From: Acidobacteriota bacterium
Lineage (GTDB): Bacteria > Acidobacteriota > UBA6911 > RPQK01 > JAJDTT01
DNA: 64,000 nt
Assembly: GCA_965219005.1 (NCBI GenBank)
Contig: CBDCMS010000003.1
Span: 642,788 to 706,787 of the forward strand
Direction: 5' to 3'
In this document: positions 30,648 through 41,583 of the stretch, piece after piece
Layout of the letters: the number at the start of each line of letters is the position of its first letter
Position numbering within the stretch: the stretch's first letter is position 1
The notes under the pieces: generated by a model
Told to the model about the DNA's origin: nothing
What the model saw: the letters and a program-made list of their open reading frames with translations, nothing else
Databases searched by the model: none
Program-made: the position numbers and the translations under genes

Positions 30648-32155
30648 TTGAAACCGTAGACAGTGGCTTTACTGACGTAGAGTTTGAGACGGACCGTTCC
30701 ACGACGCAGATGCTCCTTCAGGTTGTCCTGACCCTTCCAACGGACCGTCAGCTCATGGCCAACCCCGGTGATGGGCTCGCAGTCGCCGCGGGAAAAGCCC
30801 TCCAGAACCTGACCTGAATCATCCAACAACTCTGCGTGGATCGACCCTTTCTGGGCATTGGCGTTCAGGTGGAAGAGGCTCGAATCGCTGCGGACGCGCA
30901 GACGATGAGTCAAGAGGGTGCCTTCGGACTCTGCCTTCCACCCCAGGAAGGCCCCTTGATCCAGGAGGGCAACGCCCATGCCTCGATCTCCGCCGGCATC
31001 GTGAAGTGGATTGGTGCTGGCATGGTAGAAGATTGCAGTCTCGTCCCCGATGGTTGCATCGGCTGGGATAGGCATGATGTACCCGGCATCCCATTTTCCC
31101 TGCTCGGACGAACCCATGAAGGGCTGACGCACGCGATGCCAGTCGATCCCGTCTCGGCTCACCCCCAGCTCGCCATACATGTTGTGGGAAACCTCGTCGA
31201 AGCCTCCCTGCAGCATGATGTATGTGTTCCGGGCTTTGGAATACTTGAAGATTCCCGGTGTGTAGAGGTGCCATGTGGGAGCGTCCTCGGCATCGGGTGT
31301 GTGGACCGTCTCGGGGCGGGACCAGTGGTAGCCATCAGGACTGGTAGCACGTGAGATGGAGCGGAGTCCTCCATCGTGGCTGCGAAAATAGCCCACAAAA
31401 ACTCCGATGCGATCGTCCCAGAAGAAGATGTTCTGGGAATCGAAGGGTCCCAATCGGTTACCGTAGCCGGTCGAGGTCCAATTAATCCCGTCTGGCGAAC
31501 TTGCCATGTGGGCAGCGCGGCCCCGGAAATCCCAACTCTGGAGCATCATTTTATAACGGCGCTCAGGATCGGGATCGGCATAGTCCTTCTCTACCCAATA
31601 TGAAGGCGTCCCCCTGATTCCTTCGTGTTCGTGCAGGACGATGTTGTTGGCCTTGGAGCCCTGGTAGTCCACGATTCCCAAAGAGGGTTTCTCCCACTGG
31701 AAGCCGTTTTTGGAGGTGGCGTACATGCACCAGCTCTCGTTTCCTCCTCCGCCGGGCTTGGGTCGGATCACCTGGTACCACATCTTGTAGAGCCCCTCTT
31801 CCCGATCCTGCATCACGCAGGTGTAGTTCAGATTCCCCACTTCCCAGGGCTTGTCCTTGACCAGGATGGGATTTCCCGAGTGCTTACGGATGGTTCCCGG
31901 GGTGAGGGTCAGCCCCTGGGTCTCGGCCACCAGATAGTCATCGTGAAGAAAGAGGTCGGTTCGATTACTCTCCGGTCCCAATTGGACTACACGTGATTCC
32001 GAAGCGCCTGCCGACGGGGTCTCTCCCGATGCTTGGCAAGGGGAGACGAGTGTGCTCAATATCAAGAAGACGAACGAATAGGTTGGAGTCCGCTTCCGCA
32101 GAGACCTGATACGGCAGATTAGTCCAGGCAGTTCCGGAACCTCGAGAGCTTTCAT
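30623..32155 (-). CDS. secreted Asp-box beta-propeller protein, uncharacterised paralog family (copy B)
   Basis: CMYATSKNGFQWEKPSLGIVDYQGSKANNIV aligns with copy A. Asp-boxes SPDGINWT, SPDGYHWS, SRDGIDWH. C-terminus VRLKLYVSKATVYGFK parallels the MKDADLYSLRF tails. Confidence 0.6.
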   Translation of the reverse strand: MKALEVPELPGLICRIRSLRKRTPTYSFVFLILSTLVSPCQASGETPSAGASESRVVQLGPESNRTDLFLHDDYLVAETQGLTLTPGTIRKHSGNPILVKDKPWEVGNLNYTCVMQDREEGLYKMWYQVIRPKPGGGGNESWCMYATSKNGFQWEKPSLGIVDYQGSKANNIVLHEHEGIRGTPSYWVEKDYADPDPERRYKMMLQSWDFRGRAAHMASSPDGINWTSTGYGNRLGPFDSQNIFFWDDRIGVFVGYFRSHDGGLRSISRATSPDGYHWSRPETVHTPDAEDAPTWHLYTPGIFKYSKARNTYIMLQGGFDEVSHNMYGELGVSRDGIDWHRVRQPFMGSSEQGKWDAGYIMPIPADATIGDETAIFYHASTNPLHDAGGDRGMGVALLDQGAFLGWKAESEGTLLTHRLRVRSDSSLFHLNANAQKGSIHAELLDDSGQVLEGFSRGDCEPITGVGHELTVRWKGQDNLKEHLRRGTVRLKLYVSKATVYGFKCLRPRRH

Positions 32156-32171
32156 CTGTTTCTCCTTTTAA

Positions 32172-32879
32172 CTACCAGCGATGGCGATGGGGTCCGAAGT
32201 CGGCTTCGTAGAACGGGGAGATCATCCTGCCCGGCGGGACCATCGAATCGATCCTACCCAGATCATCCTGCGACAGGTCCACTTCCAGGGCTCCCAGATT
32301 GTCTTCCAGCTGATCCACCGTGCGGGGGCCGATGATGGGACTGGTAACGCCGGGCTGACAGGCACACCAGGCCAGAGACAACTGGGAGAGGGTGCAACCC
32401 TTCTCCTCGGCCAGAGGATCGAGTGCCTCACACACTTCGAAGGCCCGTTCGTTCAAGCGGGGTTGGAGCATCGGGTCATCGGCGGCGTTGACGAAACGGC
32501 TGTCCGACGGGTGCGGCCTGTCGCGACGATACTTGCCGGTCAAGAGTCCTCCCGCCAGGCTGGTGTCGCATTGCTCCAGGATGTGACGCCGACTATTGCC
32601 GAAAGCGTTGGGATCGTCCTCGGATACCCTGAAATGCACCTTGGTTGCTAGCACGATTCGCTGGCGCTTGCCGTTCTGAAAGAGCGTCTCGCCAACGTAC
32701 TCTTCACTTAGTCCACTCTGGTAGACGTTGGCCGTGTCCAGGAAGTTGACGCCCATGTCGATGGCCCGGTCGATGATGGCGGCAGACTCCTCGCGGTTGG
32801 CCTTGCCACCAAACATCCAACATCCCAGACAAATCGGACTGACCCGGACGCCAGTACGGCCCAGGAGACGGTATTCCAT
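32172..32879 (-). CDS. aldo/keto reductase with apparent internal in-frame deletion (possibly non-functional)
   Basis: N-terminal AKR motifs (MEYRLLGRTGVRVSPICLGCW, NFLDTANVY, ATK) and C-terminal AKR motifs (LAWCACQPGVTSPIIGPRTVDQLEDNLGA) present, but 236 aa total. The ~90-aa central segment (catalytic Tyr/Lys region, IDLYQxH, VRYIGVSN) is absent between ...EQCDTSL and AGGLLTGKY. Confidence 0.55.
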   Translation of the reverse strand: MEYRLLGRTGVRVSPICLGCWMFGGKANREESAAIIDRAIDMGVNFLDTANVYQSGLSEEYVGETLFQNGKRQRIVLATKVHFRVSEDDPNAFGNSRRHILEQCDTSLAGGLLTGKYRRDRPHPSDSRFVNAADDPMLQPRLNERAFEVCEALDPLAEEKGCTLSQLSLAWCACQPGVTSPIIGPRTVDQLEDNLGALEVDLSQDDLGRIDSMVPPGRMISPFYEADFGPHRHRW

Positions 32880-33087
32880 TCCACACTCCTCGTTCCTGAA
32901 AGCTTGTCGAGATCCGGGCACAAGGCCAAGTTCAACAGAGGGTTTGGACCCCTACGACCTTGCCCCATAACCCGGGGCGAGTCAAGCGTGGTGGCGGTTT
33001 GAGGGGTGGGTTAAGAGGGGTGGGTTAAGATAGCTGCCCAGGTGATAGTCTTACCCGTTAGCCGATGGTCACCGGACGGAGGGATGA

Positions 33088-33984
33088 ATGAACCCGAATT
33101 GCCTTGAGCACTGCCTGACAGATTCGGAGTACAGCCACTTTGAAGAGTATGGCTACTTGATAGTCGAGGACGCCGTATCCGGGGATAGGCTGAGGCGTCT
33201 TGGCCAGGTCTGTGATCGAATGCTGGCTGCGAAGCGAAGCGGTGGCCTGGGGCAGTACGCCTCCTTCGATGAGGTGGACGTGATCGGCAAAGACCCTGTC
33301 TTCGTGGAGATGATCGATTGCGAGACTACCTTCCCGAAGGTCTGGGGAGTCCTGGGCTGGAACATCTATCTCTATCATACCGGCCTCATTGTGAACCCTC
33401 CGAGCGATCCCAATCCGGCATCCGGCATTGCCAGCGTGGCCTGGCACCAGGACAGTATGCGAGTCAACGATGAGATCGAGTCGAGTCCCCGGCCCCGTCT
33501 CTCGCTCAAGGTCGGTTACCTCATCAGCGATGTTTCGGAACCGGGCCGGGCCAATACCTGGATCGTCCCCGGGTCGCATCTCAAGGATGAGATCGAGATT
33601 CCAGAAGACGGCCAATCCAACCCTCCTCGTGCCATTCCAATCTGTGGCGCTCCCGGTACCGCCTTTCTGATGGACCGGCGCCTCTGGCACAGCCGTAGCC
33701 GAAATCAGTCCGATCTCACCCGCAAGGTGTTGTTCATGGGTTACAGCTACCGCTGGTTGCGTCCCAAGGACGAGATGACAGTCGAGCACCTGTATCCCAC
33801 ACTCGATCCGATTCAACGACAGATCCTGGGCGATTGCCCCAGCAACGACAGTCGCTACGCCCCCGGTGAGGACGATGTGCCTCTGCGCGCCTGGCTGAAA
33901 GAACATCGCCCCAACGACGCAAGCTGGACGCGTGGCCGCTCCCGGCAGTCCTATCGTCCCGATATACCTGCTGAACGGGCGTGA
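33088..33984 (+). CDS. phytanoyl-CoA dioxygenase (PhyH) family Fe(II)/2-oxoglutarate oxygenase
   Basis: WHQD (HxD iron ligand) ... IVPGSHL ... RLWHSRSRN arrangement and ~300 aa size typical of PhyH-family proteins. Confidence 0.6.
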   Translation: MNPNCLEHCLTDSEYSHFEEYGYLIVEDAVSGDRLRRLGQVCDRMLAAKRSGGLGQYASFDEVDVIGKDPVFVEMIDCETTFPKVWGVLGWNIYLYHTGLIVNPPSDPNPASGIASVAWHQDSMRVNDEIESSPRPRLSLKVGYLISDVSEPGRANTWIVPGSHLKDEIEIPEDGQSNPPRAIPICGAPGTAFLMDRRLWHSRSRNQSDLTRKVLFMGYSYRWLRPKDEMTVEHLYPTLDPIQRQILGDCPSNDSRYAPGEDDVPLRAWLKEHRPNDASWTRGRSRQSYRPDIPAERA

Positions 33985-34038
33985 CCGGGGGCCCTGAGTA
34001 CCGAGGAGGGAGGTGAATCCTGAAAGGATTCCGTATTT

Positions 34039-35279
<1,241 letters not shown>

Positions 35280-35440
35280 CCGCCCCTGGATTTCAACCCT
35301 GAATGGGTTGCGTACAAAACGGCAAGAACTGGTCAGGACGCAACCCTTACAGATTGATTATTAAGGGCTGACTCTTTTCCCCAGGGTTCGGAAACCCCAG
35401 GCTGGTAGACGCAATTCCGTTGGGATTGACCTCGTTTGGT
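35280..35440. repeat. structured REP/MITE-like repeat flanking IS110 copy 2
   Basis: Contains GGGTTTCCGAACCC palindromes at 35262 and 35388 and the gggttgcg/cgcaaccc hairpin. Homologous to 7350..7544. Confidence 0.5.
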
Positions 35441-35518
35441 TTTGATGGAGCCCATTTTCGAGACCTTGATCCTAAAGTCGAACCGAACCCGTATCTTGTA
35501 TCCCGTATCTTGGAGTCT

Positions 35519-36538
35519 TCAATCGTTGGTGGCCCCTTCGTTTTCTTCCAGCCCGAGTGCCGTGGCTGCATTCCGCCAGAAGATTCCCTCGACCTGGGAT
35601 TGCGAAAGTTGGGCTATTTCGGCGGCGTCGCGGAGCGACAGCAGTTGCTCGTACGCCGAGAGAATAGGCCTTCCATCGCAATGGGGGAACTTGAGCACTC
35701 CCTGATCGGCATCGTAGTGTTGCCACGACCGCCCCAGCGCGGCGTAGTGGCCGTGGAAAAAGGCCGCGCCGACTCCATCGGATCCCCAGAAGATGCGCTT
35801 CGGATCTTCCTTCGTCAGCAGCGTCACGTAGGGACGGACATCCGTCACAGCCGAGGTGTCGTAGTAGATATTCGGCAGGTCCCGAAGCCGCTCGACCGCG
35901 TTTCGGATGGGCCAATAGGTGAAGCTTCGGGCGCAGTGCGCCAGCAGCCACTTGATATTCGGGTAGCGCTTGGTCGTGTACTCGGCCAAATCGTCAAGGT
36001 TATGCTGGTCAGCACAGCCATGGAAGCGGGAGAGATGCATGGTCACCCAGAGACTGTGATGGTTGGCGAATTCCATTTGCTCGTGGGGCAAGAATTCGTG
36101 GATTCGGCACTGGGCGATATCACCTGTCACCGAGTAGGTACGGTAGGGCTTCAGGCCTGTGAACTGGGGATTGTGCATATCGCGCTCGATGTCCTCGATC
36201 TGGCAAGCCGGGGTAACCAATCGATGGTAGCGGATCCCAGGCACACCATCGATTTCCCGCTTCACTGATTGTATGTGCTTGGCAACGTCGATACCTGCGA
36301 CCGGCATCCCCAGGATGAGGTACTGCATCCGGCGCCCCGGGTAGAGGACCTGGGCCCAGCTATTCAACGTGGACAAGTCCGCATCGTCCCGTGTGCCTTG
36401 CTGGGGCGGAACCGGGAAATCCGAGGCCCAGAAAAAATGGATGTGCGCGTCGAGAATCCGGTCGGGCACGAAATCGCTCAGTTCCTCTTCCCAGACTTCC
36501 CGATCACAGTCCCGATAATCGATTCTATCTTGATGCAT
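35519..36538 (-). CDS. amidohydrolase-2 family metal-dependent hydrolase (TIM barrel)
   Basis: ILDAHIHFFW N-terminal metal-binding HxH motif, 339 aa, later conserved H/D residues (WVTMHLSRFHG, FWGSDG). Confidence 0.55.
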   Translation of the reverse strand: MHQDRIDYRDCDREVWEEELSDFVPDRILDAHIHFFWASDFPVPPQQGTRDDADLSTLNSWAQVLYPGRRMQYLILGMPVAGIDVAKHIQSVKREIDGVPGIRYHRLVTPACQIEDIERDMHNPQFTGLKPYRTYSVTGDIAQCRIHEFLPHEQMEFANHHSLWVTMHLSRFHGCADQHNLDDLAEYTTKRYPNIKWLLAHCARSFTYWPIRNAVERLRDLPNIYYDTSAVTDVRPYVTLLTKEDPKRIFWGSDGVGAAFFHGHYAALGRSWQHYDADQGVLKFPHCDGRPILSAYEQLLSLRDAAEIAQLSQSQVEGIFWRNAATALGLEENEGATND

Positions 36539-36617
36539 CTTCCTTCACTCCTTCCGTGCGTCTTCTCAACTGGGCCGGGGCTAGACGTGGACCAGGGAAT
36601 TGGCGATCATCCAGCTC

Positions 36618-37016
36618 TCACCAAAGCGTATTCACGTAAGCGTAGTTCCGAATCAATCTATCGGCACTGATGAGAGTAGAATCGGTCAACCGAGCAGTGG
36701 CGACGATGATCTGGTCCGCAGGGTCATCGTGAAAAGGCTGAGGAAGGCGGGTGCTTTCGATCGCGATCGCTGCTGATAGCGGAAGCTGCTGCAGGCGAGG
36801 CATCTCCAAAGCCTGACGAGTCCATTCGTCCACACTGGTACCTAGTTTGAGGTGCCCCTTTTCAGCCAGCTTGGCGAGCTCCCAAACTGATATCGCGGAT
36901 AGGAATAGCTGATCATCCTCCCCGAGATTGGTCAGGGTTTTCCGAACCTCCGGCCCGATCTTCTCGGCTACCGCTTGCCACCAGATCCAGACATGCGTGT
37001 CCAACAGATAGTTCAT
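36618..37016 (-). CDS. vapC: type II toxin VapC (PIN-domain ribonuclease)
   Basis: MNYLLDTHVWIWW start, conserved PIN acidic residues (LLDTH, SVWEL, DPADQII). 4-bp ATGA overlap with upstream antitoxin. Confidence 0.75.
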   Translation of the reverse strand: MNYLLDTHVWIWWQAVAEKIGPEVRKTLTNLGEDDQLFLSAISVWELAKLAEKGHLKLGTSVDEWTRQALEMPRLQQLPLSAAIAIESTRLPQPFHDDPADQIIVATARLTDSTLISADRLIRNYAYVNTLW

Positions 37017-37240
37017 CCGTTGGCATTCCACATTTCTGCGCCCAGGGGTGACACGATGTCATCTTCTTGTAGCACGCTTCCCTGCATCCGCCCGGGCTGG
37101 AGCGGTTTGGTCTCCTCAGAAAACGGGATCACCTTGGCGATGGGCTTTCCCCGTTTGGTTACCACTACCGGCTCTCCTGTATCCGCAACCTGGGCGAGAA
37201 TAGCCAACGCCTTGGCCTTGAACTCACTTATACTCAGCAT
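37013..37240 (-). CDS. Phd/YefM-family antitoxin
   Basis: MLSISEFKAKALAILAQVADTGEPVVVTKRGKPIAKVIP is a typical Phd/YefM N-terminus. ORF is open to 37261; internal Met preferred. Confidence 0.65.
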   Translation of the reverse strand: MLSISEFKAKALAILAQVADTGEPVVVTKRGKPIAKVIPFSEETKPLQPGRMQGSVLQEDDIVSPLGAEMWNANG

Positions 37241-37301
37241 ATTCATCCTCAATCTCCGCATTGACTATTTAACCAGTGCCTAATTACTATAGTCAACCCA
37301 G

Positions 37302-38750
37302 ATGTCCGTTTTGGAACAGCAGGACAGAACGATGAAAGAGCGCCCTAATATTGTTTATCTGATGACCGACCAACAAAAGGCGTCGGCAACAAGCGTCTAC
37401 GGCAATCCCCACGTACCCTGCTCCTTCATGGACAGGATGGCAGAACGAGGTCTTAGCTTTAGCGAGACCTATGCTCCCGCCTCCATTTGTACGCCCTCGC
37501 GAGCCTCGGTGATGACGGGTGTCCATCCGTTGGTGCACCAGGTGACCTGTCATCAGAACCGGGTCCCCTACAACCTGGACCAATTGCCGGAGCTGCTGTC
37601 ACGCAGCGGATACTACACGGCGGTTGTAGGGCACCACGAATACGATCGTGACCTGAGCCGAGGCTGGCATCATCAGAGCAACATGTGGACTCGGGGACCT
37701 ATTGGAACGGCAGCCGAGTTTTTCTACCGGCATGGGCGGGCCGGCTATGGCTGGGCCTCAGGTTCGCTCGAATGCAGCGCCGAGGAAGGACATGCCCACG
37801 CCGTGGCCACGCGTGTTATTCACCAACTCGATTCCATCCAGGCAACCGGAGCACCCTTCTTTCTGCACGTGCCTTTCCTGGAACCACATCCTCCTTTCTA
37901 CACTCCTCCCCCCTACGACACGCTGGTTGATCCCGCGAGTGTGCCGCTCCCGGATAGAGGAGACGGCGGAAACCGTCCCCAATGGCAGGACGCCTGTCGG
38001 CTGGAGCAGGCTTCACACCTGGCTACCGAGGAGGATATCCGAAGGTTGATATCGATCTACTACGGCATGATCGCCTACGCCAACGACCAGATGCAGCGTA
38101 TCTACGATGCGATGCAGCAGCGGGGAATGTTGGATAACACCTGGATTATCGTCGCCTCCGACCATGGCGATTTTCTGGGTGAGAAGGGTTTGTTTGCCAA
38201 GACCGAATCACTCTATGAGTGCCTGCTGCACGTGCCACTGATCATCGCGCCTCCGCAGAACGTTGGGCTGGAACGCGGAAAGCAAATCGAGGGCCTTGTT
38301 GATTTGATCGATCTCTTCCCAACCATTCTCGGGATCGCCGGTGTCGATGTACCCAAGTACGCTCAAGGGAAGGACCTTGTCAGCTGGGCTGCCGGTGGTG
38401 CGGTCGAGCCGCTGCACGACTGTCTCTTCTCCCAGGTAGGCGACTATCATGGCCATCTGGGGCAGAGCAATTACGGCGGGACCAAGGTCGGAAGGCACCC
38501 GGGACTGGTACAGGCAGCGCGCACCGGTGAGTACTCGTACATCCGCGACCCAGATTACGGCGATGAGGCTTACGATCTGACTCAGGACCCTTTGGAATTG
38601 AGCAATCTGCTCGGTGTCGGCGCGACCGAACCAGAGCCGGCCCGACAGCTTCTATCCTGTCTGGAGGAATGGGAACAGGAGTGTCTGGAGCTTCGCGCTA
38701 GACTAGGTGTTGTCCCCGGTTATCGTGGTTTCGATGCAGGCTGGGAATAG
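37302..38750 (+). CDS. arylsulfatase (formylglycine-dependent)
   Basis: NIVYLMTDQQ, signature C-T-P-S-R-A-S-V-M-T-G, ASDHGDFLGEKG. Confidence 0.85.
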   Translation: MSVLEQQDRTMKERPNIVYLMTDQQKASATSVYGNPHVPCSFMDRMAERGLSFSETYAPASICTPSRASVMTGVHPLVHQVTCHQNRVPYNLDQLPELLSRSGYYTAVVGHHEYDRDLSRGWHHQSNMWTRGPIGTAAEFFYRHGRAGYGWASGSLECSAEEGHAHAVATRVIHQLDSIQATGAPFFLHVPFLEPHPPFYTPPPYDTLVDPASVPLPDRGDGGNRPQWQDACRLEQASHLATEEDIRRLISIYYGMIAYANDQMQRIYDAMQQRGMLDNTWIIVASDHGDFLGEKGLFAKTESLYECLLHVPLIIAPPQNVGLERGKQIEGLVDLIDLFPTILGIAGVDVPKYAQGKDLVSWAAGGAVEPLHDCLFSQVGDYHGHLGQSNYGGTKVGRHPGLVQAARTGEYSYIRDPDYGDEAYDLTQDPLELSNLLGVGATEPEPARQLLSCLEEWEQECLELRARLGVVPGYRGFDAGWE

Positions 38751-39864
38751 GGTTCTCGATCAGGGTTACATCCTAGACGCCGAGCAGCGACAAGGTCGCC
38801 GCCGTGTCTGCACCTTCACCTCCCTGTTCCGGCTGGTGGATGGGGCCGTGCTTGCGACCTACCGGCTCGGCGCCGCCAAGGACTCCGCCGACGGCAACTG
38901 CCAGGTAGCGCGATCCGAGGACGGCGGACTCAGCTGGGAGGTCATCTGCGAAGGTTTTGAGAATAGCCTGGACGGAGTTCCCGGAGAGATCCGCAGTGCC
39001 TATCTGGCGCAGCGCGATGACGGCTCGCTCTTCGCCTTCCTGACTTGGATTGACCAGGGGACAAGCGATCCTCGGATGTACGCTCCCGAGACGGACACGC
39101 CGAAGCTGCGTAAGCTCCTCCAGGTCGAATCCGATGACGGAGGTCGTTCCTGGTCCGACGGCCGAGTCCTGAACACCGAGCCTTTGACGCGGCCCGTGCT
39201 CTCGGGTCCGACGTTGCGCCTTCCAGGGAAAGGGTGGCTGCTGCCGGTCGAGAACTATGCCCCGGAACGAGAAGGAGGGCCCAGCGTACACAGCGCTCAT
39301 GCCCTGCTTACCGGAGACGGCAAGAGCATTGACCACGTCTTGATCGTCGCCCGCCATCCCCAAGATGGCCTCTATTATTGGGATCAGCGTCAGGCCCTGT
39401 GTCCAGATGGGCAAGAGCTTGTCAGCTTGTTCTGGACCTACGACCGAGGGTGCGAGCAGGACGCCGACATTCACATCTCGCGAGCAAACCTGGAGTCACT
39501 GTCATGGCAAACTCCGATCAGAACCGGAATTCGGGGACAGATCGCGGCTCCGATCCCCCTACCGGATAATCGGCTGTTGGCATTTTACGTTCTTCGAGAG
39601 CCGCACGGCTCGCTTCGTTTGATCATTTCGCCGGATGGTGGAGAAACCTGGGATCGAAACAGCGAGTTGGTGGTCTACCATCCCAAGACGGGCCGGCCCA
39701 GGGGACAACCTCGAGACTACGCCGAGGCCTGGGAGCAGATGAGCCAGTGGACATTCGGCCACCCAGCGAGTGTAGTTCTAAGCGAGAAGATGCTATTGGT
39801 GGCCTACTATGCTGGCAGGGACGAGCGCTGTCTGAGCGCTCGATGGTCACGCATCCAGATCTGA
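38734..39864 (+). CDS. BNR/Asp-box repeat sialidase-like (exo-alpha-sialidase family) beta-propeller protein
   Basis: Asp-boxes SEDGGLSWE, SDDGGRSWS, SPDGGETWD. ~375 aa, no signal peptide. Start overlaps the sulfatase stop (ORF is open from 38707). Confidence 0.7.
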   Translation: MQAGNRVLDQGYILDAEQRQGRRRVCTFTSLFRLVDGAVLATYRLGAAKDSADGNCQVARSEDGGLSWEVICEGFENSLDGVPGEIRSAYLAQRDDGSLFAFLTWIDQGTSDPRMYAPETDTPKLRKLLQVESDDGGRSWSDGRVLNTEPLTRPVLSGPTLRLPGKGWLLPVENYAPEREGGPSVHSAHALLTGDGKSIDHVLIVARHPQDGLYYWDQRQALCPDGQELVSLFWTYDRGCEQDADIHISRANLESLSWQTPIRTGIRGQIAAPIPLPDNRLLAFYVLREPHGSLRLIISPDGGETWDRNSELVVYHPKTGRPRGQPRDYAEAWEQMSQWTFGHPASVVLSEKMLLVAYYAGRDERCLSARWSRIQI

Positions 39865-39962
39865 TCGACTGCCAGCAAAAAGCGGACAAAACCTCGACTT
39901 TCCGCTCAAAAGTGATAGGATACACTGCGGCCCTCGGAGAGTTTTAACCGGAGAGTTTTAAT

Positions 39963-41555
39963 ATGAATATCCTTCTTTATAACCCGGATAACGAAGTCAC
40001 AAACAACTACATGCCACATTTGTGGATGTTCGTACTTCAGGCTCTGACACCACCCGGGCACCAGGTGTTCCTCATCGACGGCAACGCCCAACCCATGACC
40101 GAGAAGGCGATCGCCAGGTTCATCCGTGACAACGACATCGAACTCGCCGGCATCGGCGCCATGACCCGCATGGCGGCCCGGGCCTATCGAATGGCGGATG
40201 CGATTCGCGGTGCCGGCGCGAAGGTAGTCATGGGCGGCCCCCACGTAACCGAGGTGCCAGACGAGCCCATCGGGAAAACCGAGGAGCCCCGTCACGCCGA
40301 CGCGGTGGCTCTGGGAGAGGCCGACTATCTCTGGCCTCAAATCGTGCGGGACGCCGAGCGCGGCGAGCTGAAAGAAGTCTATAGGCCTGTGGACGAGGCT
40401 GGCAGGGAGGTAAAGCCCTCCCTCGAGGACTACCCGCGCATCCCCTGGGAACGATTGGATCTCGAACAATTCAACCTCCTCGCGAAGATTCCCCGCTGGG
40501 GGCGCTACCTCATAGATCGGCTACGGCCGGGATTGAAGAGTTTTCGGGTGGTGCCGATCGAGTCCGGCCGCGGCTGCCCCTATGGATGCGATTTTTGTAC
40601 GGTGACCGGCTTTTTCGGCGATTCGATCCGCTATCGCAGTAATCAAAGCGTCGTCGAAGAGATGCTGCGCTTGAAGGCCCGCGCCGTTGCCGAGGGCGAG
40701 AAGATTGCAGTCTTTTTCATCGACGACAATTTTGCGATCAATGTGAAGCGAACCAAGTCGCTGCTTCGCGAGATCATCCGGCAGGACGCCCAGCTTCTTT
40801 GGATCGCTCAGATCAGCATGAATCTTCTCAAGGACGAGGAACTCGTCGATTTGATCGCCGAGAGCGGCGGTCGCTGTATTTTCATGGGACTCGAGTCAAT
40901 TGATGCTGACAACTTGAAAGCCGTCAACAAAGGATTCAACAAGCCTGCCCAATATAGCGCGGTTCTCCGGCGGTTGGCGGACCGGGGAATCTATTCGATC
41001 ACGTCTTTCATTTTCGGCATGGATGGCGATCGACCGGGGGTAGCTGAGGAGACGCTGGAAGCAATCGAGTCCTGGCCTCCCGGGCTACCTGTCTTCGGCC
41101 TTCTGACGCCGTATCCAGCGACACCTCTCTACGATCGGCTCCTCCAGGAAAATCGTCTGACGCGCCCCAGGCACTGGCTCGACTTCCGGCCCTTCCGGAT
41201 GGCTTTCACCCCGTCGAACATCACGGTCGAGCAAGCGGAGCACGAGGTCCACGAAGCCTGGCGTCGCTCCTATGAGCCTAAAGCCATCGCTAGAGCCCTG
41301 CGTAAGATCGAAGACCGACCGTTCCAGGAGCGCGTCGTCATGTTCTTTGCCCGTCTCATCTTTCGAGGGATCTACTTTCCCCAGCTCACCAAACGCCAAT
41401 GGTTGGGGCTTCTCTGGAGTAATCGGGCCAGCCTGATGCGTATTCTGAAGGAAGCCTACCGGTTCTACCGCGGGACCGAGAAGCACGATCTCCCTCAGGT
41501 CGCCGTGCCGGTTCCTGAGACTCCCATCGTGGTCGAGCGGCGCCTCGGCGCCTGA
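39963..41555 (+). CDS. B12-binding-domain radical SAM enzyme (class B rSAM)
   Basis: N-terminal cobalamin-binding-like domain (MNILLYNPDN...VFLIDGN...VVMGGPH) followed by radical-SAM cluster motif GRGCPYGCDFCTV (C-x3-C-x2-C). 530 aa. Confidence 0.8.
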   Translation: MNILLYNPDNEVTNNYMPHLWMFVLQALTPPGHQVFLIDGNAQPMTEKAIARFIRDNDIELAGIGAMTRMAARAYRMADAIRGAGAKVVMGGPHVTEVPDEPIGKTEEPRHADAVALGEADYLWPQIVRDAERGELKEVYRPVDEAGREVKPSLEDYPRIPWERLDLEQFNLLAKIPRWGRYLIDRLRPGLKSFRVVPIESGRGCPYGCDFCTVTGFFGDSIRYRSNQSVVEEMLRLKARAVAEGEKIAVFFIDDNFAINVKRTKSLLREIIRQDAQLLWIAQISMNLLKDEELVDLIAESGGRCIFMGLESIDADNLKAVNKGFNKPAQYSAVLRRLADRGIYSITSFIFGMDGDRPGVAEETLEAIESWPPGLPVFGLLTPYPATPLYDRLLQENRLTRPRHWLDFRPFRMAFTPSNITVEQAEHEVHEAWRRSYEPKAIARALRKIEDRPFQERVVMFFARLIFRGIYFPQLTKRQWLGLLWSNRASLMRILKEAYRFYRGTEKHDLPQVAVPVPETPIVVERRLGA

Positions 41556-41583
41556 TCCCACCCCACGCTGTCACCTCTCCATC

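Noticed and set aside
39963-41555. Radical SAM enzyme as anaerobic sulfatase-maturating enzyme (anSME)
   Set aside because: anSMEs are SPASM-domain rSAMs without a cobalamin-binding domain and with additional Cys clusters. This protein has an N-terminal B12-like domain and only the single CxxxCxxC cluster.
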